A model generated the notes under the pieces. That model had not been told where the DNA came from and made no database searches. It saw only the letters and a list, made by a program, of their open reading frames with translations. The position numbers and the translations under genes are program-made. 38,697 bases of DNA from IMG/VR virus record IMGVR_UViG_3300017650_000206, positions 1 to 38,697 of that record; one strand, 5' to 3'. This stretch comes from a virus. Lineage: Duplodnaviria > Caudoviricetes. Positions 7,563 to 17,374 of this stretch are shown piece by piece; position 1 is the first letter of the stretch; each line of letters opens with the position of its first letter.

Positions 7563-10139
7563 CTATCCGAAGCTGAAAAAGCCGGTGAAGGGGTTTATGT
7601 GCATCGAAGACCCCACCATCTTGGCGTTGATGATGATGTCGCCGCCGTCGATAGCAAACGGCACCTTGATGTCGGTGCCGCTGCCATAGGTGACGGCGAA
7701 CTGATCGGCGTTGACCAAGACTCGGCTTTTCCCATCGCTCATCGCATCGAGAAACAGCGCTGCCGTCGAGGGAAGGCCGCCAGACGTTGCGGACACACTG
7801 AGCGCGACACGCGCCAGCGCGCCGCTCGGCGCTGCCATAGTGAAGGCGCGGAATAGGAAGTCAGCGCTAATATCCCCAAACGCACTGTCGAGAGCGAGGA
7901 TGGCGTTATTCTGGGCGACAAGTTCACCGTTGATAACGCCGATCTCCGAAGACAGAAGGTTCACGGCCTCGTTGGTCGCCGGGAGACCGCTAACGGGGTC
8001 GAACACCTCTGTCCGCAGCTCCTCAATCCGCAGTGCAATGGCGCTCTCTGGCCCGGTGGCGACGAGGATATCCTCTTGCCACTCCGCGCGGCTCTGGCCG
8101 GTGATGCTGACAAGCTCGCGACGGATTTTCTGCCGGTCTGCATAGGCGTTACTGGCCCCAAGCCCGTCATCCATGACATTGCTGCGAAGGCGTTCGATTG
8201 TCTCTCGGGTTTCACGGGTGGCCCAGTCGGACAGTTCAGCGGTCGCTTCGATTATCTCCTCGATCTGAATATCGATCGAGGAGAGCCTGATATCCGGCGT
8301 CGTAACAGCCAGCCAGTCCGACATCTCCATATCGCGCGCGGAGTACGGGACGAAAATCGAAGCGACCTCATAGGGCTCATTACCCAGGATTAAATCGCCC
8401 ACGATGATAACCGATGGGATCAGGTTATCGGCATCGTATGGGTATGGCTGCGAGAAGAACGGACTGGTTTCGCCCGACCGCCGGATCATGACCTTGATGT
8501 CCCGGATGTCATCCATACCGCCTTGATAGAAACACTGGATGCCGGGTCGCCTTGCACGATTCTGGCTGTCGATGTGCTCGTAAGGTGAGACCGCCCAGCC
8601 GGTCACCACCTGCGCTGGCGGATAAATCGTCTGGATCGGCCCAACGGACCAGTCCTGTCGGGCACTTGACGGCGGGTCAAAGTCAGCCGGATCGATCTCT
8701 CGCAGCGTCATGGTCTGGACAAAAGTCCGGCGGCCCGACATTTCGAGGATCTCGAACGACTTGCCGGAATACCCCTCGCCGAGAAGCGTGCCCTCGATCA
8801 CATCGCCCGGTTCGAGCAGCCACGTGATCGGGTGGAATGAGCCCTGCAACGTGCGGAAGCGCCGGCCATCTTCCAGATAGCTGTAGGCCAGCCGCTGCGC
8901 CTGCTCGTTGCGGTTGACCATCGGCAACGCCAGATCAGCCGCCAACCGCCTGTTGCCGTCCGCCACGATATAGGCGGGATCAGACTGAACCGGAGCGGCC
9001 TTGTTGCCCCACGCCTCGCCGGGCTCGGAATAGGTCGCCTCGATGGTGTTGTGCGTGGCCTCGAGGCCGGGGAAAGGCGTGAAGCTACGCGGATCGGTTA
9101 TCAGCAACTCACCTTCGCCAAAGCTCCACACGGCAGCACCCGGCGCGCCACAGCGCGGTTTGTACGTTCCAGCGCTTTCGATGAACCGCCCCATGGACGA
9201 CTTAGCGATCTCTTCGAGAACTGCGGCAGGCTCCATATCAACGGTGATCTCGCCGCCGATAGTGAACTGCTTTTGGTTGCCCCACGCCGCCATTGCGCGG
9301 TCGGACTCGTTCATGGCCGCAATCCACGCCGAGGTGGGCAGACGCAGTGCGGGCAAGCCTTGCAGCCCCCACAACCATTCCGAGCCGACATAGACACCCA
9401 TGAAGGCCGCATTGTAGGCGATCACATACGGGTTGTCGGTCCACTCCCACGTGGACGGATTGTCACGACGATGTGTGCCAACACCGCCTGCACTGCTGTC
9501 CTTGCGGATATCGTAGAGCCGCAGCCCGCGCACCTCAAACAGCATCGAGGGCGCGCCGTTTTGCCAGAGCTCCCGGTTGTAGCGCGTGGTGACGATGGCA
9601 TAGGCTGTGCCGCGCCCTACCATGTCGGCGCCATAGGGACGCTCGGCATGATTGCCGAATTTGGAGCGCAGATAGGCGTCGGGCGCAGTCTGGCGGCCGT
9701 CATGGAACTTCACCCAGAGGTGGTCCTTGCCGCTCTTGCGCCCCTGATTGATCGGATAGCCGTACTGGCTGTGCGGCTCGCCCCAACGAACCGTTGCCAA
9801 CTCTCCATTCACATAGATGTTGTTCAGCCCGTCGAGCGGCGCGTTCGCCAACTCCAGTACGTCAACAAAATAGGCGTTCGGGGTTTCGCCATCCGTGCCC
9901 CATGTTCCGGCATAGACGCGGTGACCAGCCGTGGCCGAAGTGCCGACAAAGAACGACAGCGGGCTGTCGCCCCCCATCTGCATGGAAAGGGAGACGCCGG
10001 GGTCCTTTTGCTTCGGCGGCTTGGGCGCCAGTGCCTGCGAGAGCAGCGTGCCCCCGACATAGAGGGCCGTGCCGACCAGCAATTGCGCAGCAATGCCGCC
10101 GCCGAGAAGCCCGGCGATCGGTGCAACAAGAAACGGCAT
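7563..10139 (-). CDS. Central tail tip / host specificity protein (gpJ-like)
   Basis: GLRLYDIRKD...WEWTDNP, LLEPGDVI; C-terminal SRVLVNADQFAV...PFAIDGG DUF1983-like segment. Confidence 0.88.
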   Translation of the reverse strand: MPFLVAPIAGLLGGGIAAQLLVGTALYVGGTLLSQALAPKPPKQKDPGVSLSMQMGGDSPLSFFVGTSATAGHRVYAGTWGTDGETPNAYFVDVLELANAPLDGLNNIYVNGELATVRWGEPHSQYGYPINQGRKSGKDHLWVKFHDGRQTAPDAYLRSKFGNHAERPYGADMVGRGTAYAIVTTRYNRELWQNGAPSMLFEVRGLRLYDIRKDSSAGGVGTHRRDNPSTWEWTDNPYVIAYNAAFMGVYVGSEWLWGLQGLPALRLPTSAWIAAMNESDRAMAAWGNQKQFTIGGEITVDMEPAAVLEEIAKSSMGRFIESAGTYKPRCGAPGAAVWSFGEGELLITDPRSFTPFPGLEATHNTIEATYSEPGEAWGNKAAPVQSDPAYIVADGNRRLAADLALPMVNRNEQAQRLAYSYLEDGRRFRTLQGSFHPITWLLEPGDVIEGTLLGEGYSGKSFEILEMSGRRTFVQTMTLREIDPADFDPPSSARQDWSVGPIQTIYPPAQVVTGWAVSPYEHIDSQNRARRPGIQCFYQGGMDDIRDIKVMIRRSGETSPFFSQPYPYDADNLIPSVIIVGDLILGNEPYEVASIFVPYSARDMEMSDWLAVTTPDIRLSSIDIQIEEIIEATAELSDWATRETRETIERLRSNVMDDGLGASNAYADRQKIRRELVSITGQSRAEWQEDILVATGPESAIALRIEELRTEVFDPVSGLPATNEAVNLLSSEIGVINGELVAQNNAILALDSAFGDISADFLFRAFTMAAPSGALARVALSVSATSGGLPSTAALFLDAMSDGKSRVLVNADQFAVTYGSGTDIKVPFAIDGGDIIINAKMVGSSMHINPFTGFFSFG

Positions 10140-10142
10140 CGT

Positions 10143-10553
10143 CTATACCCTGAAAGCTCTGGTGGCGTCGGCCCGGTCGCGCACGCCGATCCCGGTGGCC
10201 GTTACGACAAGCACCTGCTCGCCATTGAGGATGCCCAGCGAATAGCCAAACACATCGTCGGTCGGGATGGCCATGATGTCACCGATCTGGGCAAAGGCGG
10301 GCTCAGTCGGCTCGAAGTAATGGGAGGCCACGCCGCCCATATCCTTTGCCTCAATGGGCTTGAGCACACGCCCGATAGCGCCGCGGGCCGTCTTGTAGCG
10401 ACCACGATGCTTGGCGGCGTGATCTGTCCCGGTCATGGCTTCGACCGCGCCTGTCACAAACAGCCAGCAATCATGTGTGCCAAAGGCAAACGGGGTGGCG
10501 CGCACTTCCGAGACATAGGCCCCGAGGCGCTTGCGCCAGTCTTCGTGTCGCAT
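10143..10553 (-). CDS. NlpC/P60-like tail assembly protein (DUF6950-type)
   Basis: PFAFGTHDCWLF, AQIGDI; start reassigned to ATG at 10553. Confidence 0.8.
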   Translation of the reverse strand: MRHEDWRKRLGAYVSEVRATPFAFGTHDCWLFVTGAVEAMTGTDHAAKHRGRYKTARGAIGRVLKPIEAKDMGGVASHYFEPTEPAFAQIGDIMAIPTDDVFGYSLGILNGEQVLVVTATGIGVRDRADATRAFRV

Positions 10554-11227
10554 CACTTGCCACCCAACTTCATGTCCACGATCTGCTTGATCGCTGATTG
10601 CGATCCGCCCTCGGACTTCTGCCCCCATGGGATGGGCCAGGCGCCGGATACGCCGATGTATTTGTGGAAGCCATCGTTCTGCCGGGTGCGCTGGTGAGCA
10701 TCAGATCGCTTGGCCGGATTGGTTCGAGTCAGTTGCCGCGTGTCCGACACCAGGTCGAACCGGATGCCGCCCTGCCCGCCCGCTGCCGGCACCTCTTTAG
10801 GTGCCCCGTTGAGTTCCCCAACGAACTCCAGTAGCGCGCTGGCCATGTTGCGCGTCTCGGGATCAAACAGCGCCTGATACACGGCGACTTGGGCCAGGCG
10901 CATGTCGTGCCCTGTCCACATGTTCAGCACGGTTTCATGGACCGCTGACAGAGTGATCGACTTGCGCCGGATGGATAAATCCGACGTGCGGGGCGTCTCG
11001 CCCACGTCGAGGATCGCCCCAGCGCCTACAAACGGATGGCTGGCCGGGTTGCCGGTAAACGGCGAAGTGACGGTCGCCGTGACGGTATCGTGCTCGGACC
11101 AAAACGCGAACGGTACCGGAGCGCCGGCAAAGGTTTTCACGTGCCAGACGACCAGATCAGCCTCAATCAGGCCGAGCGTATCCGCGCCCTGCAAGAGAGC
11201 GACGACATTGGGATCAGCAGTACGCAT
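10553..11227 (-). CDS. Minor tail / hub protein
   Basis: FVGAGAIL, KRSDAHQR...DGF...IPWG; sits between distal tail and NlpC-like genes. Confidence 0.75.
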   Translation of the reverse strand: MRTADPNVVALLQGADTLGLIEADLVVWHVKTFAGAPVPFAFWSEHDTVTATVTSPFTGNPASHPFVGAGAILDVGETPRTSDLSIRRKSITLSAVHETVLNMWTGHDMRLAQVAVYQALFDPETRNMASALLEFVGELNGAPKEVPAAGGQGGIRFDLVSDTRQLTRTNPAKRSDAHQRTRQNDGFHKYIGVSGAWPIPWGQKSEGGSQSAIKQIVDMKLGGK

Positions 11228-11231
11228 GGGA

Positions 11232-11897
11232 TCAGATCAACCGTTGAATGATATCGAAGGCGACACCGTGAGTATTCACTGTGTCTGCGGTTCCGGGGTT
11301 GAAGGAGCCCGGCATAACACTCGCGAGGATCGCGGGCTTGGCCAAGAACACCGGATCGCCAACGAGCGCACCAGCTCGGATATGGGGGAACACCTCAAAG
11401 GTCGGCGTCACGCCACTCGATAGAGCACTGACCGTTTCGGTGACCCGGTGCAGGGCTCTACGCTTCTGCCCGGATGGGCCATAGTCAAACGCCAGCATGT
11501 CGCCCACAGTGAGCCGGTAGCCATTCGGCAAGCCGGTGATGCGCAATTGCCGATTGTTCGCCGCGATGGTGTGCAGCGTCGGCGTCGCGGCGCCGAGCGT
11601 GGCGCCCGATGGGTCAGCCGCCGGATATTCGCGCTTGGGGTTCGAGAAATAGAACTTTCGGCCCGGATGGCACAGCATTTCCAGCATCGCGAGGATGTGA
11701 TCGGCCTCGTCATTTCCCATGCTCACAAGCTGTACCGGCAGTGTCCAAAGGGGCGAGGCTAGCTCAGCAGATAGGGGCTGGCCGCTCCCGAGCCCCGAAG
11801 TCTGGTCGTTGCGCATCAGCTGCCAGTTAGGCGAACCGATGGCCACTCGCAGCCTGTCATAAAAGTCTGCGAGCGAAAGAGGATATTCCCAAGCCAT
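11232..11897 (-). CDS. Distal tail protein-like
   Basis: Immediately after tape measure gene; GLPNGYRLTVGDML. Confidence 0.72.
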   Translation of the reverse strand: MAWEYPLSLADFYDRLRVAIGSPNWQLMRNDQTSGLGSGQPLSAELASPLWTLPVQLVSMGNDEADHILAMLEMLCHPGRKFYFSNPKREYPAADPSGATLGAATPTLHTIAANNRQLRITGLPNGYRLTVGDMLAFDYGPSGQKRRALHRVTETVSALSSGVTPTFEVFPHIRAGALVGDPVFLAKPAILASVMPGSFNPGTADTVNTHGVAFDIIQRLI

Positions 11898-11904
11898 TGG
11901 TCAC

Positions 11905-14064
11905 CTACACGAATTTGACGCGGGGATTGGCAACCCAGTCAGGCAGGTGCTGGCGGACAGTCTGCAACGCACTGTCCATGCCTTCCTCGACCATCTGGCG
12001 GACTTCGGAGTTGCCGCGCGCACCGCTCACCGTGATGTTGAAGTTGAGCTCACTGGGCCCGCTATCCCCGCTGGTCAGCGTCTGCCCCGGCTTGGTGATG
12101 TCTACCCGCTCGTTGGGCGACTTGCGGAACATCACCAGCTGGCTGTCGATGCCGCCCGCGCCTCCCGGCATGATGGTGCCGCCCCGCGCAAAGCCGAGAA
12201 TATTGCCGATACCGGAGAACAGGCCGCCGATGCCGCCACCGCCGCCGCCAAGCCCAAATAGTGCCTGGAAACCTTGGGTGAGGAACATCTGACCGAGCTG
12301 CTGCATGACGGAGGATATCGCCTCGCCCACGGTCATTGAGCCACTGATCAGGCCTTGGAACGCGCGCGTGACCACGTCTGCGATATTCTTGGCGGTCTGC
12401 TCTACCTGGCTGGACATGCTGTCCATGCCGTTCTGCAGCCCCTCCATGACGTTGACGCCGACGCCGTGCATGACGCGAGAGGGGGAGAAGATTTGCAGGG
12501 GATTGGTGAAGAAGCCGGCGACTTGATCACCGAGCCCCGAGGCCCACCCAGTGAACTCGCCCCACTTCGACTGAATGCCGTTCCACAGCCCCTGGATGAT
12601 ATCGACACCGATCTGGAGCATGCGCCCTGGAAGCTCTGCAAAGAACTCGGGAATTTGAGCCGCGAAGGCCCGGATATCTTGGCGGACAGCCTCCAGATGA
12701 GTACCGAAGCTGTCCATGGCGTCCACAAAGGATTGCCAAGCTCCCGACACGAACTCAGCAACGACCGAGGCAAGATGCGAAATCTCCGGCCAGAACGCGA
12801 TAATCGCAGCGGTCAGCGCCGCGATACCAACGATCACCAGCGCCACAGGGGCGCTAACAGCAGCCACGGCTGTAGCCAGTGTTCCGAGAACCACCAGCAG
12901 CGGGCCGATGGCGGCAGCAACGCCCGCGACGATAGTGCCCATACGTAGCATTTCAGGATTGGTCTGCGATAACTCTTGCAGAAACCCGGCCAGTGCGTTT
13001 GCCGCATCCGATGCCCACTGCAATAGACCAGCGTCGGCAATGGCCAACTGAAGGGCCTCAAAGGCCGCTGCCAGCTGACGCATCGCGCCGTTGAAACCCT
13101 GCATCTGAACAGCGGCCACTTCCGCTGCCGTACCTACGCTATTCTCCAGTTCGCCCGTCAGTTCACGAACGGCGTCCGAACCCTGCGTGACCAGCGCAGC
13201 CATTGCCGGACCCGCACGCTGGCCGAATAGTTGCATGAACAGCCCAGCATTGTCGGCGTGCGGCTCAAGTTCCTCAATGATATCAGCGAGCGGTAGAAGG
13301 CGTCCTTGCGCATCGGTAAAGGAGAGTCCGGCCTCTCTCATGGCGTCGGCCATCGCCGAGGTGGGGTTAAGGATGCGAGAGATTGCGCCTCGCAGCGACG
13401 TGCCCGCCATGGACCCCTGAATACCAGCGTTACCCATGAGAGACAGCGCCGCCGCCGTTTCCTCAAACTGGACGCCCGCTGCTTGGGCGACGGGGCCAGC
13501 GTATTTCATGGCCTCGGCAAGGTCGGACAAGTCGGTATTTGCGGAGGTGAACGACTTGACCAGAACATCGGTCGCGCGGCCAAGCTGTTCGACATCCATG
13601 TTGTAGCCAGCAAGGATGTTGGTCACGATGTCCGCAGCGCGCGCCATGTCGAGCTGGGCAGCGGCGGCGAGCTGGAGAGTGTCCGGCATGGCATCGAGGA
13701 TGTCGATCGCCTCCATGCCAGCCATGGCTAGAAAGCCCATAGCATCGCCAGCTTGTGCGGCAGTGTATTGTGTGGTGGCGCCGAGCTGGCGAGCCTGATC
13801 CGAGAGCGCCTGCATCTCGTCTCCGGTCGCACCGGAAACGGCGGAGACCTGGTTCATTGCTGCTTCGAAATTACCGGCGGCCCGAAGGGTGAGCGCACCG
13901 AACCCGACAATGGGAGCGGTGACGCGGACAGACATTTGCCGGCCAATAGCCTGCATCTGCTTTCCAGCGTTTTGGAGATGCCGTTGAGCGTCCGACATGC
14001 CCTTGGTAAAGGCAGCGGAGTCGAGCCCCAAAATGACACGTACCGCGCCTACAACTGCGCTCAT
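11905..14064 (-). CDS. Tail tape measure protein (TP901-type)
   Basis: FEAAMNQVSAVSGA, AGIQGSMAGTSLR, helical Ala/Gly-rich, C-terminal FARGG. Confidence 0.95.
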   Translation of the reverse strand: MSAVVGAVRVILGLDSAAFTKGMSDAQRHLQNAGKQMQAIGRQMSVRVTAPIVGFGALTLRAAGNFEAAMNQVSAVSGATGDEMQALSDQARQLGATTQYTAAQAGDAMGFLAMAGMEAIDILDAMPDTLQLAAAAQLDMARAADIVTNILAGYNMDVEQLGRATDVLVKSFTSANTDLSDLAEAMKYAGPVAQAAGVQFEETAAALSLMGNAGIQGSMAGTSLRGAISRILNPTSAMADAMREAGLSFTDAQGRLLPLADIIEELEPHADNAGLFMQLFGQRAGPAMAALVTQGSDAVRELTGELENSVGTAAEVAAVQMQGFNGAMRQLAAAFEALQLAIADAGLLQWASDAANALAGFLQELSQTNPEMLRMGTIVAGVAAAIGPLLVVLGTLATAVAAVSAPVALVIVGIAALTAAIIAFWPEISHLASVVAEFVSGAWQSFVDAMDSFGTHLEAVRQDIRAFAAQIPEFFAELPGRMLQIGVDIIQGLWNGIQSKWGEFTGWASGLGDQVAGFFTNPLQIFSPSRVMHGVGVNVMEGLQNGMDSMSSQVEQTAKNIADVVTRAFQGLISGSMTVGEAISSVMQQLGQMFLTQGFQALFGLGGGGGGIGGLFSGIGNILGFARGGTIMPGGAGGIDSQLVMFRKSPNERVDITKPGQTLTSGDSGPSELNFNITVSGARGNSEVRQMVEEGMDSALQTVRQHLPDWVANPRVKFV

Positions 14065-14101
14065 GAGCGTGCTACCTTTGCGAAAACTGGAGGATGCCTA
14101 G

Positions 14102-14437
14102 ATGAAATTGAAAGCCGCACTGGCCGCTGTTGCTATTTCTCTCGTGGCCACCCCGTCCCTGTCCGTCGCTAATGACGAAATTGATCAGGGCATCCGTTCG
14201 CTTTGCGAGGCGGAATGGGAGGGTGACTTTGCGATGCAACGCTACTGCATCGATCTGCAAACAGATGGCCACAACGACTTCACGGCCAGCCTAGATGCTC
14301 TGAATGACGACAGCCCGCTTCAACGATCCGCCGCAAAATGTCAGGAAGACTGGTCAAGCGCGGACGGAACAACTGATTGGAGCATGGTGAACTATTGCTT
14401 TGGGCTGCAAGAGGAGGCCTTCTTGAGCCTGCAATAG
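14102..14437 (+). CDS. Secreted acidic 4-Cys protein, opposite-strand moron in tail operon
   Basis: GGAGG RBS, Sec signal peptide, internal duplicated C..(E/D)W...D(F/W).M..YC motif. Confidence 0.8.
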   Translation: MKLKAALAAVAISLVATPSLSVANDEIDQGIRSLCEAEWEGDFAMQRYCIDLQTDGHNDFTASLDALNDDSPLQRSAAKCQEDWSSADGTTDWSMVNYCFGLQEEAFLSLQ

Positions 14438-14438
14438 C

Positions 14439-14777
14439 TCACGCCTCCTTTGCAGCCTTCCGCCGTCGTCGCTTGAACCAACCCCGAACCTGAGCCTCAA
14501 GCTGATCGGGAGACATATCGCGTTCGCGCCGCCCGCTGCCCTTCACCACCTTGTCGTGGTTCGGCATGCGCTTTGCCCTTTGCAGAGCTGCTACATGCCA
14601 GGCCGCTGATAGTTCGCTTTCCCGCCTGCGCTGATTGCGCTTGGATGCTCCGGCAATGACCGAATTGTATTCGAGGAACGAGGCATCCCAGAAGTCAGCG
14701 CGGGGTTGTTCTGCCTCAATCCATGCCTCAAGCAGCGATGGCCAGCTTACCGGGCCTTCGCTGCCTTCTGAGGGCGG
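14439..14777 (-). CDS. Tail assembly chaperone gpT-like frame (no own start; likely reached by -1 frameshift)
   Basis: Open frame ...WPSLLEAWIEAEQPRADFWDASFLEY...AWHVAALQRAKRMP...KAAKEA*, in the -1 frame relative to gpG; missing from ORF track. Confidence 0.8.
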   Translation of the reverse strand, partial: PPSEGSEGPVSWPSLLEAWIEAEQPRADFWDASFLEYNSVIAGASKRNQRRRESELSAAWHVAALQRAKRMPNHDKVVKGSGRRERDMSPDQLEAQVRGWFKRRRRKAAKEA

Positions 14778-15088
14778 TCAACCTTATCGGCCTGCCCGCC
14801 CCCCATCGCCGCGCCGATGGCCTGCACCCATTCGCCAATCTCGTTCAGCTGGACCAATTCGCCAGCCTCATCACGACTGATCGCATGGTGCTTGGTGAGC
14901 CCCGCCCAGATCACGACCTCTAGCGTGCCCATCTTGGGGTCGTCGCCGGAAAGATCGTTGAGAATGGATTGCAGCCCGCGACCGGGGAACTGGCCCTCGA
15001 TCATGGCGCAAGCGCGGAGGTTGTAGGCCAGCGTAAACTCGCCAGCCTCGACCTTGACGATGTGCTCAGCTTTCATCGGGACAGCCAT
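14747..15088 (-). CDS. Tail assembly chaperone gpG-like
   Basis: Between tail tube and tape measure genes; FTLAYNLRACAMIE...IWAGL..HH. Confidence 0.85.
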   Translation of the reverse strand: MAVPMKAEHIVKVEAGEFTLAYNLRACAMIEGQFPGRGLQSILNDLSGDDPKMGTLEVVIWAGLTKHHAISRDEAGELVQLNEIGEWVQAIGAAMGGGQADKVDRPQKAAKAR

Positions 15089-15522
15089 TAGCTCTCGTCT
15101 CCATCATCCCAGACTTCCTCGCCCGAGGGCGCGATCGTGAGGGTGGCCGTCATGCGATCATCGAGCGGCACATTCTTCTCGTACCCGGTGATGGCCGCGT
15201 CATAGGTGACAGTTACACCATTCGGGAATTCGATCTGATGCTCAACGATCTCGCCTGACGCGCTGAGGCGACGCAGCAGAATATCGGTGTCGCTGCCCGG
15301 CACATAGTTGATCTCGAACGATGCCTCACCGCTGTCGATCAGCCCGGCGATGTACTCGCGACGACGGCCGGGAGATTTCATATGCGTGGCGTCGACGCGA
15401 TCAGCAGTCCCGCCCGGAGGCGTGATGTTGAAAACTTCGCTGATCTCCACCAGACCGGGTGTCCCAGCTTCCGAATCCCAAATACGGTATGTGCTGCCAT
15501 ACCCCAAAGAGGCGTCAGTCAT
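15088..15522 (-). CDS. Major tail tube protein
   Basis: VDATHMKSPGRRREYIAGLIDSGEASFEINY. Confidence 0.92.
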   Translation of the reverse strand: MTDASLGYGSTYRIWDSEAGTPGLVEISEVFNITPPGGTADRVDATHMKSPGRRREYIAGLIDSGEASFEINYVPGSDTDILLRRLSASGEIVEHQIEFPNGVTVTYDAAITGYEKNVPLDDRMTATLTIAPSGEEVWDDGDES

Positions 15523-15575
15523 TGCTATCTCCAATGATGTGAAGGTGCGCCAGCCCAGGGCGCGGGGTTAGCGGG

Positions 15576-15998
15576 CTATGGCTGGGCAGGTGCCCAATAG
15601 AAGCGGTAGTCGAGCTTGCGGGCGAACCACTGCAATGCGGCGTTGCCCGAGTTACTGTCGCGCTCTGTGGCGCTCTGCTTGCCGTCGCGGAACACGCCGT
15701 CGATAAAGACGCCGCCGAACGTGCCTTTGTAGCCGCTGATGAACTCGTCCACGGCCTTGCCGAGATCGCGTGACTGCATGTCCGTCTCGGCGCGGCAGTC
15801 GATCTGCACGCGGGTCATGAAGTGCTTGACCGGCCCATTCATGCGGTAGACGACCGGCGCCGAAATCAGGAACATGATGATGCGCGGCCCTGTAACCCCT
15901 TGAGATGAACGGTTCCAGTCGCAGTTATTTCCGACGAGCGCCTTGATGGCGGGATCGGATAGCAGCAGGGCAGCGAGCCTATCCTCAAGGTCGATCAT
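15576..15998 (-). CDS. Tail terminator (DUF3168-like)
   Basis: LLLSDPAIKALVG, RVQIDC; position. Confidence 0.82.
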   Translation of the reverse strand: MIDLEDRLAALLLSDPAIKALVGNNCDWNRSSQGVTGPRIIMFLISAPVVYRMNGPVKHFMTRVQIDCRAETDMQSRDLGKAVDEFISGYKGTFGGVFIDGVFRDGKQSATERDSNSGNAALQWFARKLDYRFYWAPAQP

Positions 15999-16432
15999 TT
16001 GGCGTTCCCCCTCGCCTTGGCACGTTGGACGGCTTGCTCAACGTCGACCATGAGGCGGTCTGTGATTCGCTTGAGCGCTCCCTCTTTCTTGCTGTCGAAG
16101 GCCGGGCGGGCATACGGGTGCGGCGGATAGCCATCGCCACCGAATTCACGCAGATGAGCCGCTGGCCGATTGTCCGGGCCGACAAAGCGCTCTTGGTCAG
16201 ATCGCTTTCGATGTAAGCCCCTCTGGCGCCGTGAGAGCGTTCCAGAAACGGAAATGCTTTCCCGAAGGTTACCTTCATCGACCGGAGCTCGGGCTCGCAT
16301 ATCCTGGGCAATGATCTCGCCACCGTCATTGAGAGCCTTGCGCGTAATGTTTCTCGCTGTGCGCAATTTTAGTTCCTGCAGGGCGGCATCGACCTCGCGC
16401 AGGCCTTCAATTTTCACCCTCACCGGCTTCAT
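15995..16432 (-). CDS. HK97 gp10-like neck/tail component
   Basis: IEGLREV, APVDEGNLRESI, EFG...PHPYARPAFD. Confidence 0.88.
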   Translation of the reverse strand: MKPVRVKIEGLREVDAALQELKLRTARNITRKALNDGGEIIAQDMRARAPVDEGNLRESISVSGTLSRRQRGLHRKRSDQERFVGPDNRPAAHLREFGGDGYPPHPYARPAFDSKKEGALKRITDRLMVDVEQAVQRAKARGNAK

Positions 16433-16803
16433 GGCCCGGGCTCCGGTGCGGGCGTCAGATTGAACAGGTCGGACCGCGCCGCCGCCGTGATCTCGATATA
16501 CTCGCGCCGCCCAAGCTCCTTGACGCCGACGACGCCGTAAATCAGCCCGTCACAGGTCAGCCGATCTTTGGTGTTGAGGTCAGTGACCTTCTTGTTCCAC
16601 CGGATCACGAACCGCGTGGTGAGCGTCGAGCCAACCTCAGCGCCACGCAACCGCTCGGTATCGCTGACATCCCGCTTTTCTGCCCAGACCTTTGCCAGTT
16701 CAGCCCAGCCTTCAATCGGGTTGTTCCATTCGTCTCGGGTGACGCCGTAGCGCTCGAGGGCAATGCGGCGGTCGAGGCTCCCGGCGTCGATCTTGCGCGC
16801 CAT
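16429..16803 (-). CDS. Head closure / head-tail adaptor (SPP1 gp16-like)
   Basis: AGSLDRRIAL, W..LAKVWA, TRFVIRW. Confidence 0.88.
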   Translation of the reverse strand: MARKIDAGSLDRRIALERYGVTRDEWNNPIEGWAELAKVWAEKRDVSDTERLRGAEVGSTLTTRFVIRWNKKVTDLNTKDRLTCDGLIYGVVGVKELGRREYIEITAAARSDLFNLTPAPEPGP

Positions 16804-17108
16804 CAGATCGGCAACCAGCGATAGGGCCAGACAAGCGCACGAGCGGCGGAAGGAATGCCGTCCTCGCTACCGGTCATAAGCCGGTTATCATAGAAGGCGC
16901 TCACGGTGATGAACCCTGCCGCCTTGAATACCGCCTCTTGCCCGAACGGGACCAGTGACAGGTTGCAGAACCGCAGCAGCGCCTTTTCAGCCGCCGCCAT
17001 ATAGGCTTTGATCAGGTCATCCTCATCGTCATCATCGACGCGGAGGTGCAGCTTAACCTCTTCGAGCTCCCACAGCGGCCCCAGGCTCTTGATGACGATA
17101 TCAGCCAT
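16803..17108 (-). CDS. Head-tail connector (HK97 gp6-like)
   Basis: LEEVKLHLRVDDDDEDDLI, FYDNR, LVWPYR. Confidence 0.9.
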   Translation of the reverse strand: MADIVIKSLGPLWELEEVKLHLRVDDDDEDDLIKAYMAAAEKALLRFCNLSLVPFGQEAVFKAAGFITVSAFYDNRLMTGSEDGIPSAARALVWPYRWLPI

Positions 17109-17110
17109 GA

Positions 17111-17308
17111 TCAATCCTTCTTGGCGTCAGCCTTGTTTTTCGGGGCAGGCTCGGCCTTGTTTTTGGGCGCGGGTTCTTTCTTGGTCTTCTGCTCGGCAAG
17201 GATGCCGGCCTTAATCAGGTGCGCCACGTCGCGGGGCTCGGCCTCGCGCACGTCGCCCTTGGCATAGCGCTTGTCGCCAATGTGCTGGCGCAGAACGTCG
17301 TATTTCAT
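17111..17308 (-). CDS. Small basic head-associated protein
   Basis: Directly after capsid gene; duplicated EPAPKNKA. Confidence 0.75.
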   Translation of the reverse strand: MKYDVLRQHIGDKRYAKGDVREAEPRDVAHLIKAGILAEQKTKKEPAPKNKAEPAPKNKADAKKD

Positions 17309-17333
17309 GGGGGAGCTCCTTTCGGTTCATAGA

Positions 17334-17355
17334 GAGGGCGGCGCAAACCGCCCTC
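17334..17355 (-). terminator. Hairpin downstream of major capsid gene
   Basis: GAGGGCGG-N6-CCGCCCTC. Confidence 0.5.
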
Positions 17356-17374
17356 CTTGATGAGCCGAACGAGA

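Noticed and set aside
4488-10139. Diversity-generating retroelement or invertible fibre cassette
   Set aside because: No reverse transcriptase, invertase or template repeat; the only repeat is a short in-frame duplication
9051-10697. 548-aa plus-strand ORF
   Set aside because: Antisense shadow of GC-rich tail genes; no recognisable motifs
14797-14806. G-run (ATG GGG GGC) as slippery site for the tail chaperone frameshift
   Set aside because: Two -1 frame stops (TAA, TGA) follow it, so a shift here cannot reach the gpT frame
17120-17180. Tandem EPAPKNKA repeat
   Set aside because: Common low-complexity tail of small post-capsid proteins
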